Shown: positions 1 to 6,066 of the stretch, piece by piece
Position numbering within the stretch: position 1 is the first letter of the stretch
Layout of the letters: the number at the start of each line of letters is the position of its first letter
Origin: a virus
Taxonomy: Duplodnaviria > Caudoviricetes
DNA: 29,132 bases
Virus record (IMG/VR): IMGVR_UViG_3300037047_000010
Location: 1-29,132 of that record
Strand: one strand, 5' to 3'
Notes under the pieces: model-generated
The model's database searches: none
What the model saw: the letters and a program-made list of their open reading frames with translations, nothing else
What the model was told of the DNA's origin: nothing
Position numbers and translations under genes: made by a program

Positions 1-453
1 TCCTCGGTGACCTTGCCGAGCTGGGGTATGACGCGCAGTGGTGTGTTATGGGAGCCGCCGATCTCGGGGCGCCCCATCAGCGGGACCGAGTCTGGCTTAT
101 GGCCAACTCCACTTGCGTCGGGCTGGAAGAGAAACGGAGCGCCAGGCGACATGGCCAGAAAGTCCCCGTCTCTTGGGGCGGCGGTAAAGATGTGGCCTAC
201 GCCGAATGCGTCGGACGCCAACAAATGGAACAACCAGTCACTAGCAGATCGGAAGGCGCGCGGGCAGCAGATTCGGCTCAATACGGCGGTATCCCCTCAG
301 GGCGGGGCCGGTGGCCAACTGAACCCGACGTGGGTCGAGTGGCTGATGGGGTGGCCTGCCGGGTGGACCGACTTAAAGCCCTTGGAAATGGGCAAGTTCC
401 ACGAGTGGCAGCGGCAGCATTCTCCATGCTTGCCGAGCAGGGAGGCTGCGTAA
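1..453 (+). CDS. Overlapping alternative-frame ORF: putative methyltransferase beta chain carrying motif IX (5' end probably outside window)
   Basis: Open from position 1. Contains two WPTPxAS repeats and LNPTWVEWLMGWPAGWT (motif IX-like, cf. RxLTxRExxRLQGFP). Its TAA (451-453) directly abuts the ninB ATG. Confidence 0.7.
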   Translation, partial: SSVTLPSWGMTRSGVLWEPPISGRPISGTESGLWPTPLASGWKRNGAPGDMARKSPSLGAAVKMWPTPNASDANKWNNQSLADRKARGQQIRLNTAVSPQGGAGGQLNPTWVEWLMGWPAGWTDLKPLEMGKFHEWQRQHSPCLPSREAA

Positions 454-461
454 ATGGCTAA
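3..461 (+). CDS. C5 DNA cytosine methyltransferase, C-terminal part (alpha-type chain; 5' end outside window)
   Basis: Frame open from position 3: LGDLAELGYDAQW..GAADLGAPHQRDRVWLMA (motifs VII-VIII) and RVDRLKALGNGQVP (motif X). Motif IX is not in this frame. Confidence 0.85.
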   Translation, partial: LGDLAELGYDAQWCVMGAADLGAPHQRDRVWLMANSTCVGLEEKRSARRHGQKVPVSWGGGKDVAYAECVGRQQMEQPVTSRSEGARAADSAQYGGIPSGRGRWPTEPDVGRVADGVACRVDRLKALGNGQVPRVAAAAFSMLAEQGGCVNG

Positions 462-876
462 CCCAACCTTCCCCTTGCGCAACGAGATGGACCGCCAGCG
501 CGCTATCGCCTGGCTTCAGTCCGTCGATCTTGAGCAGCCACGCAAGCTGGCCATTAGCGATGAAGACCGTACCGCAGAGCAGAACGCAAAGCTGCACGCG
601 ATGCTGGCCGACATCGCCAAGCAGGTAGAGCACGCCGGCAAGAAGTGGAACGTCCTGATCTGGAAGCGCCTCTGCACTGCTGCCTGGCTGCGCGAGACCG
701 GCGAGAACGCCACGATGATCCCTGCGCTCGACGGCAACGGCTTTGACGTCATCTACGAAAAAACCTCGAAGCTGGGCGTGAAGAAGTGCGCCTCGCTGAT
801 CGAGTGGGTATCGGCTTTTGGTGCTGAGAACCAAGTGCGCTGGACCCAGAAGGACAACTGGGGAGGGCGGTACTGA
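454..876 (+). CDS. ninB: NinB/Orf-family recombination protein
   Basis: RTAEQNAKLHAMLADIAKQVEH..WK..TSKL..LIEW..AFGAE pattern typical of NinB; lies in a nin-like region. Confidence 0.85.
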   Translation: MANPTFPLRNEMDRQRAIAWLQSVDLEQPRKLAISDEDRTAEQNAKLHAMLADIAKQVEHAGKKWNVLIWKRLCTAAWLRETGENATMIPALDGNGFDVIYEKTSKLGVKKCASLIEWVSAFGAENQVRWTQKDNWGGRY

Positions 877-1169
877 TGAGCAAGAAGCTCCGCGACACCG
901 CGCGCGGCCGTGACTGCCAGGTACGCATTCCGGGCATCTGCAACGGCAACCCCGAAACCACCGTTCTCGCCCACTACCGCATGGCCGGCACGTGCGGCGT
1001 CGGCTGCAAGCCAAACGACCTTCAGGGTGCATGGGCCTGTTCCGCCTGCCACGACGAGATCGACCGGCGCACGCGCCATCTGAGCAACGACGAAGCCCGC
1101 CACGCCCATGCCGAGGGCGTTATGCGGACGCAGGACATTTTGATTAGAGAAGGGAAGGTGGCTGCATGA
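876..1169 (+). CDS. DUF1364/YbcO-family Zn-binding putative nuclease
   Basis: ARGRDCQVRIPGICNGNPETTVLAHYR..GAWACSACHDEID signature. Confidence 0.85.
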   Translation: MSKKLRDTARGRDCQVRIPGICNGNPETTVLAHYRMAGTCGVGCKPNDLQGAWACSACHDEIDRRTRHLSNDEARHAHAEGVMRTQDILIREGKVAA

Positions 1170-1492
1170 CTTTTGACTGGTACATCGTTTTTCTGGCCGC
1201 GTGCGGCATCCCGGTCCAGGCGTGGCTCGGCTGGGTATTTGGCAAGAGCCTAGTGAAAGCCGGCTGGGCCTTGGCGTGCGCGATCAGCGTCTGCCGCTGG
1301 GGTTACGCGGTCGGCTCTGTTCATGGCTTCAGTCGCCCGGCGTGGCGATGGGCTCCCGGCCTGATCCTCGGCGAGTGGTGGTCCTTCTTCGCCTCGCCCT
1401 ACGACAGCATCACCCAGTACAGCCACGGCGGAACGTGGAGGGGGATAGGCAATTGGTGCGTATTTCCGAAGAAGCAGGAGCAGGCAGCATGA
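1166..1492 (+). CDS. Hypothetical Trp-rich membrane protein
   Basis: ATGA overlaps at both ends, hydrophobic N-terminal half. Confidence 0.6.
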   Translation: MTFDWYIVFLAACGIPVQAWLGWVFGKSLVKAGWALACAISVCRWGYAVGSVHGFSRPAWRWAPGLILGEWWSFFASPYDSITQYSHGGTWRGIGNWCVFPKKQEQAA

Positions 1493-1875
1493 GCCACAAC
1501 CACTACTTCCGCGACGTATCGCATCTGGAGCAGATCGACGTGTACCGCGTGCTCAAGCTGTTCGGCGTCGAATGCCCGGTAGCTCAGCACGTCGTCAAGA
1601 AAGCCCTGGCAGCCGGCCAGCGGGGCCATAAGAGCGTGCGCCGCGACTGGCAGGATATTGCAGACAGTGCGACTCGCCGGCTGCAGATGATGGATGAGGA
1701 ACTTGCGGCCGCAAATAAGGCTTTCTGTGTGCCTGGCGAACAAGGTCCGTGCACGTGCCCTGGTGGTGATGGGTCGCTTCGTTGGCCTTGCCCGGCACAC
1801 GCCATTGCTCCCGAGTTCGGCCAGCAGAACACCATTGACTACCGCGCCCCGGAAGAGAAGGCGGAATTGGCATGA
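1489..1875 (+). CDS. Phage hypothetical protein (HYFRDV..IDVYRVL family) with C-terminal CTCPGGDGSLRWPCPAH motif
   Basis: AGGAG RBS and ATG at 1489 overlapping the upstream stop (ATGA). The longer 1201 start in the ORF track is unlikely. Confidence 0.75.
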   Translation: MSHNHYFRDVSHLEQIDVYRVLKLFGVECPVAQHVVKKALAAGQRGHKSVRRDWQDIADSATRRLQMMDEELAAANKAFCVPGEQGPCTCPGGDGSLRWPCPAHAIAPEFGQQNTIDYRAPEEKAELA

Positions 1876-2144
1876 AGATCAGCCGAATCGACGTAGTGGG
1901 GCAGAACGGAAATGACGGCGAGCACTACGAGGGAGTTGGCCGGGAATGGCTCGCTGAATTTGGCCTTATTGCCAGCGACGGAGCGGGAGCGGATCGAAGC
2001 CAGCAAGATCGGTTACCTGATCCAGCACAAGCTCAAGGGGCTGCAGGGCAGGGCGCGGCAGGCAAGGGGAATCGAGCTGCTGGAGGCTGTGCCGGAGCGT
2101 GTGCGGGATGCCGTAAAGGCGTGGCTAGTGGCGAGGAAGCCTAG
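1872..2144 (+). CDS. Hypothetical protein (RIDVVGQNGNDGEHY N-terminal motif)
   Basis: ATGA-coupled to the upstream stop, and its stop abuts the ATG at 2145. Overlaps 1912..2148 in another frame. Confidence 0.45.
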   Translation: MKISRIDVVGQNGNDGEHYEGVGREWLAEFGLIASDGAGADRSQQDRLPDPAQAQGAAGQGAAGKGNRAAGGCAGACAGCRKGVASGEEA

Positions 2145-2148
2145 ATGA
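1912..2148 (+). CDS. Small basic helical protein, weakly DUF3283/HolE(theta)-like
   Basis: NLALLPATERERIEASKIGYLI resembles the N-terminus of DUF3283/HolE-like proteins; stop is ATGA-coupled to the next gene. Confidence 0.45.
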   Translation: MTASTTRELAGNGSLNLALLPATERERIEASKIGYLIQHKLKGLQGRARQARGIELLEAVPERVRDAVKAWLVARKPR

Positions 2149-2495
2149 CTGCCATCAAGCGAATCCAGGCGCTAGGCCGGCTCCCGGCCGGCCAGCTCAA
2201 CAAGACCGAAGAGGCGTATCGGCAGCACCTGGAGGCCCGCAAGTTCTCGGGCGAGGTGGCTTGGTACAAGTTCGAGGGCATCAAGCTTCGCTTGGCGGAC
2301 AAGACGTTCTACACGCCCGACTTCGCCGTGATGCTGGCGGACGGGAGCATGGAGCTACACGAGGTCAAGGGCTATTGGCAGGACGATGCGCGGGCCAAGA
2401 CCAAGATCGCCGCCGAACAGTACCCGTTCCGCATCATCGCCGTAACCGCCAAGACCAAAAAGGCGGGCGGCGGCTGGGCTATTGAAGAATTCTGA
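2145..2495 (+). CDS. PD-(D/E)XK endonuclease (DUF1064 / T7 endonuclease I-like), possible resolvase
   Basis: YTPDFAV...LHEVKG catalytic motif. Confidence 0.8.
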   Translation: MTAIKRIQALGRLPAGQLNKTEEAYRQHLEARKFSGEVAWYKFEGIKLRLADKTFYTPDFAVMLADGSMELHEVKGYWQDDARAKTKIAAEQYPFRIIAVTAKTKKAGGGWAIEEF

Positions 2496-2507
2496 GGGGG
2501 AGGCGGC

Positions 2508-3641
2508 ATGACGGCACGCAAGCACAGCGACGAGAAAATGAAAGAGGCCCTTATCGGGCGCACGCTGGACCAGGCCGCGCTGATGCTGGGTATGCACCCG
2601 CGCTCGCTGGCGACCCATAAGGCGCGCTTTGCCCGGCAGGGATGGAGCCCGGAGCACGACATGACCAAGGCCGTGCCGGATGGCTTCCATCTGAAAGGCA
2701 CTTCGACGCTGTACAAGGACGGCGAGCCGGTCATCCAGTGGGTGAAGACCTCAATCGACCATCAGCGGCAGGAGCAGCTGATGGCCGAGGCCGTTCGCGC
2801 GCTGGCAATGGATATCAGGCCGGAAAAGGCCCTGCCGGCACCCCGCGCCACGCTGGCGAGCCTGCTCAACTGCTACGTCATCACCGACTATCACCTGGGC
2901 ATGAACGCCTGGGGCGAGGAGACCGGCGCCGATTGGGATATGCGGATAGCCGAGAACACACTGGTTGACTGGTTCGGCGCGGCTATCTCGCAATCGCCCG
3001 ATTCCGAAGTGGGCGTGTTTGCGCAGCTCGGGGATCTGCTGCATTGGGACGGCATCCAGGCGGTTACGCCTACCTCCGGCCATATTCTTGACGCCGACAC
3101 GCGGTTTCAGAAGCTCGTCCGGGTCGCTATCTCGGTGATTCGCCGCATCACGGCAATGCTGCTGCACAAGCACGGCCGGGTCGTGCTGCTGATGGCCGAG
3201 GGCAATCACGATCTGGCGTCGAGCATGTGGCTGCGCGAGCTGTTCGCCGCCCTGTACGCCGACGAGCCGCGCATTGAGGTGATCACCCGGCCCGACCCCT
3301 ACTACTGCATCGAGCACGGTCGCACGTCTCTGTTCTTCCATCACGGCCACAAGAAGCGCATGGATTCGCTCGAAACCGTATTTATCGCGAAATACCGCGA
3401 GGTGTTCGGCCGTACCCGGCACAGCTACGCGCACACCGGCCACCTGCACCACAACGTCGTCCGCGAGACGAACACGATGCAGATCGAGCAGCACCGCACC
3501 TTGGCCGCACCCGATAGCCACGCGAGCCGAGGCGGCTGGATGAGCGGGCGTGACGCGAAGGTGATCACCTATCACGCCGAGCACGGCGAAGTGGGGCGCA
3601 CGACGATCAGCTACGACATGATCAAGGGAGCCGCAGCATGA
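2508..3641 (+). CDS. N-terminal HTH plus calcineurin-like metallophosphoesterase
   Basis: TDYH, LGD, GNHD, HHGH and GHLH metal-binding motifs. N-terminal LDQAALMLGMHPRSL HTH-like segment. GGAGG RBS. Confidence 0.8.
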   Translation: MTARKHSDEKMKEALIGRTLDQAALMLGMHPRSLATHKARFARQGWSPEHDMTKAVPDGFHLKGTSTLYKDGEPVIQWVKTSIDHQRQEQLMAEAVRALAMDIRPEKALPAPRATLASLLNCYVITDYHLGMNAWGEETGADWDMRIAENTLVDWFGAAISQSPDSEVGVFAQLGDLLHWDGIQAVTPTSGHILDADTRFQKLVRVAISVIRRITAMLLHKHGRVVLLMAEGNHDLASSMWLRELFAALYADEPRIEVITRPDPYYCIEHGRTSLFFHHGHKKRMDSLETVFIAKYREVFGRTRHSYAHTGHLHHNVVRETNTMQIEQHRTLAAPDSHASRGGWMSGRDAKVITYHAEHGEVGRTTISYDMIKGAAA

Positions 3642-4180
3642 CCTACCGCAACGTGATTTCCGCAGTCGTGCGCGCCCTTGCGTCCGAGGTCATCAACTCC
3701 GCAGGGGGATGTGATTTCGAGCCCAGAGTGCAAAAAGCGCGCATTCCTGGCGCAATCTCCGGACGTGCTGAGCGACTGCTAGACGATGCCCTGGTGCGCC
3801 GGATCATGCGCGAGACGCTGACGCAGCTTCAGTACGCTGCGCTCGCCGGGCAATACTCGACGGACGGGCCGCGCAAGCATGCGGGGGTAAATCTGCTGAT
3901 CAAGTGGATTGAGTCGCCCGCGCCGGAGCGGTTCATCGAGTGCGCGTGCTGGACATGGGCCTACCCAAAGAAAGAGGGTGGCGAGGGCAAGCGCTCGGTT
4001 GCTGTGCTGCCGGCAGGCTGGTACGAGATGGACAACTGGTGCGACGAGCCAGCAAACATCAAGACGCAGCAGCGCTGGCGGCGCGAGATTCACAAGGAGT
4101 TGAAGTCCATCGCTGACGGTGCGCTGGCTGTTTTACAGGAGCAGCTAGAGCAGGTCGGAGCCATTGCCGAGGCGGCGTGA
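3638..4180 (+). CDS. Putative late-gene regulator (Q-like antiterminator by position)
   Basis: Last gene of the nin-like run, ATGA-coupled, upstream of a promoter-terminator late leader. Function inferred from synteny only. Confidence 0.5.
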   Translation: MTYRNVISAVVRALASEVINSAGGCDFEPRVQKARIPGAISGRAERLLDDALVRRIMRETLTQLQYAALAGQYSTDGPRKHAGVNLLIKWIESPAPERFIECACWTWAYPKKEGGEGKRSVAVLPAGWYEMDNWCDEPANIKTQQRWRREIHKELKSIADGALAVLQEQLEQVGAIAEAA

Positions 4181-4199
4181 AATTCTCCTGATAAGGGTG

Positions 4200-4228
4200 T
4201 TGACTGAGCCGGAATCCGGCCCTAATAT
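4200..4228 (+). promoter_or_regulatory. Sigma70 promoter with a perfect inverted-repeat operator in the spacer
   Basis: TTGACT (4200-4205), 17-bp spacer, TAATAT (4223-4228). The spacer contains GCCGGA-A-TCCGGC (4208-4220). Confidence 0.8.
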
Positions 4229-4277
4229 AACACCCATGCCAGCCAAGAACGGCGCGGCGAAATCAAGGAGAGACATC

Positions 4278-4511
4278 ATGCGCGCACCCTTCCAGTTCAG
4301 CAAAACCACCGTTTCCATGGCTCGCGCCGAAGTGACCGCCGCTGATATTGGCATTGCAGGCCCAAAATCGGACAAGGTGATCGGCGTCGAGTGGCACGTC
4401 ATCTACACCAAAGACGGCCGCGATACCGTGCATCTGATCCGGGCCACCGAAGCCGAGGCGGATGCCGCTATGGATGCAATCAAGGCTGAGGCCAATGCGC
4501 TTGAAGCCTAA
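4278..4511 (+). CDS. 77-aa protein with acidic C-terminus, candidate anti-CRISPR/anti-defence protein
   Basis: AAGGAG RBS and ATG at 4278. First gene of an operon with an Aca1-like gene. No family recognised; function by association only. Confidence 0.7.
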   Translation: MRAPFQFSKTTVSMARAEVTAADIGIAGPKSDKVIGVEWHVIYTKDGRDTVHLIRATEAEADAAMDAIKAEANALEA

Positions 4512-4716
4512 CGCCTCCCAGATCAATGCAGACCCCGAGTACGTCCGGGGCCTGGTTGCGCAGATCAAGGCGCGCCACGGCCTGAGTCAGCGAGCCACGG
4601 CCAAGAGGCTCGGGATTGGAGTTACCAGCCTCAAGGACTGGATGTCGGGCAAGGCCAAATGGCGCTACCCGGATCAGTTTGCACTGGAATGCCTGGCGTC
4701 ATGCAAAGAGGGTTGA
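4495..4716 (+). CDS. aca1: Aca1-like HTH repressor (anti-CRISPR-associated)
   Basis: PNAS..DPEYVRGL..GLSQR..A..LG..QFALECLA matches the Pseudomonas Aca1 pattern (PDAS..DPRYLRGL..GISQRRAA.LLG..QFALECLA). Start at ATG 4495 overlaps the upstream gene. Confidence 0.8.
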   Translation: MRLKPNASQINADPEYVRGLVAQIKARHGLSQRATAKRLGIGVTSLKDWMSGKAKWRYPDQFALECLASCKEG

Positions 4717-4741
4717 CAGACTGCGCTAATGAGCCGATGAT
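4713..4741 (+). promoter_or_regulatory. Putative late promoter (pR'-like)
   Basis: TTGACA (4713-4718), 17-bp spacer, GATGAT (4736-4741), followed shortly by an intrinsic terminator and then holin/terminase. Confidence 0.5.
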
Positions 4742-4788
4742 AAGCCATCCTGTCGATTCTTCGCGTTAAGGATTGACAAATAACACCG

Positions 4789-4824
4789 AAGCCCCGGCAC
4801 AGAGCGATCTGGTCGGGGCTTTTT
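4789..4824 (+). terminator. Intrinsic terminator (tR'-like)
   Basis: AAGCCCCG..CGGGGCTTTTT stem plus U tract. Confidence 0.75.
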
Positions 4825-4984
4825 CGTTTCGGGCGGAACACGGCTGAAGAAGGCCTCGCCATCCTGCGCCCATCCCATCCCCGGCATGCTTGCAATCGGC
4901 CTCGCGCCACATGCAGCACAAACCGCGACTCGGTAACGAGTATCGCCCTGCTGACGAGCGGGGAATCGGGCTCTACACCTTTCG

Positions 4985-5013
4985 GCCTCGCCTAGTGCGG
5001 GGCTTCTTCGTTT
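4985..5013 (+). terminator. Intrinsic terminator
   Basis: GCCTCGC-CTAGT-GCGGGGC followed by TTCTTCGTTT. Confidence 0.65.
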
Positions 5014-5105
5014 CCGGCTCCCGATCCTGCGTCTTTGCCATCTAGCGGATGACAGCGCATCGGAGAGCCGGACCTAATCACAAGAGCCCCGCGCGGGATA
5101 ACGAG

Positions 5106-5426
5106 ATGACGCCCATGCCCGAAAAAGACATTGGCCTGTGGGCGACAGTCCTCGCTGCCCTGCGTGAGCACGGACTAGCCATGATGCTGACCTTCTTCCT
5201 GTCCTACATCCGCATCCACCTGTACGGCTCTGAGAAGAGCCCGCTAGCCAAGCTGCTCGAAGCCCTGTTCGGCGCGCTGCTGATCATGCTCGTCGGCCTG
5301 GGAGTAAATGCCATGGGCGCTAACCTGGCCTGGACGCTATTCGCTGGCGGGCTGATCGGCCTGCTGGGCGTGGATCAGGTGCGGGCGCTGGCTGGAAAGT
5401 GGGCAGAGCGGAAGGTGAGCCAGTGA
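5106..5426 (+). CDS. Holin, lambda S family
   Basis: MPEKD..W start, several hydrophobic segments, GGLIGLLGVDQVR motif, basic C-terminus. ATG at 5106 or 5115. Confidence 0.85.
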   Translation: MTPMPEKDIGLWATVLAALREHGLAMMLTFFLSYIRIHLYGSEKSPLAKLLEALFGALLIMLVGLGVNAMGANLAWTLFAGGLIGLLGVDQVRALAGKWAERKVSQ

Positions 5427-5539
5427 GGCGCGCCGTCTGGATCGCCGTCATCGGCTTCGGCCTCGCCAATCTCTGCCTGATCGGCTGGGCAGTGGTTGAG
5501 GGCGTGCGGTGGGCGGCTGGGTTGGTGGGCTGCGCGTGA
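5423..5539 (+). CDS. 38-aa hydrophobic membrane peptide (not in ORF track)
   Basis: GTGA overlap with the holin stop; reads MRRAVWIAVIGFGLANLCLIGWAVVEGVRWAAGLVGCA. Confidence 0.5.
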   Translation: MRRAVWIAVIGFGLANLCLIGWAVVEGVRWAAGLVGCA

Positions 5540-5610
5540 GGCGCCGAACGCCATCCGAACGACGTTGAATGAATCATTCGCGAAAACAACCCCATGAATG
5601 AGGCCCGACC

Positions 5611-6066
5611 ATGGCCCTATGCGGATCGAAGACCCGCAGCGGGGAACCATGCAAGCGGCACGCGGTACCGGGTTCCAAGCGCTGCAAGCTGCACGGCGGC
5701 AAGAGCACGGGCGCGGCAGGCAACAAGAATGCGGCAAAGCCCGGCTCGATCTACAGCAAGTACCTGACGGACGAAGAGCTGGCGGACTTCCATGCGACCG
5801 AGATTGACCAGATCGACCAAGAGCTTCGGCTGACGAAGGTTCTGCTGAATCGCGTGCTGATGGCGAAGGCTGATGGCTACGACCTGTTGGCTGATCGATA
5901 CCTGGCTCGCATTGAGTCGCTGACCAAGACGCGCGAAGACCTCGAAGGCAAGCGCCTAGCCAACGAAAAGCTTCGCCGCGAACTGGAAGACCCGAACCAA
6001 GGCTTGCCTGAGCCGAAGCAAGTCATTATCGGGGTGGAAGATGCAAGCGACCCTGAAGCTGAATAA
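5611..6066 (+). CDS. Terminase small subunit (HGGxSTG domain)
   Basis: CGSKTRSGEPC..RCKLHGGKSTG..GNKNA.K.G.Y motif; directly upstream of and overlapping the large subunit. Confidence 0.85.
   Translation: MALCGSKTRSGEPCKRHAVPGSKRCKLHGGKSTGAAGNKNAAKPGSIYSKYLTDEELADFHATEIDQIDQELRLTKVLLNRVLMAKADGYDLLADRYLARIESLTKTREDLEGKRLANEKLRRELEDPNQGLPEPKQVIIGVEDASDPEAE

Noticed and set aside
4278-4716. HigBA-type toxin-antitoxin pair
   Set aside because: The gene order fits, but the upstream protein lacks the basic RelE/HigB features and the HTH carries Aca1-specific motifs. Kept only as the alternative hypothesis.
4951-4975. Hammerhead ribozyme suggested by CTGACGA (also CTGAAGA near 4844)
   Set aside because: No correctly placed GAAA after a stem II and no matching stems I/III.
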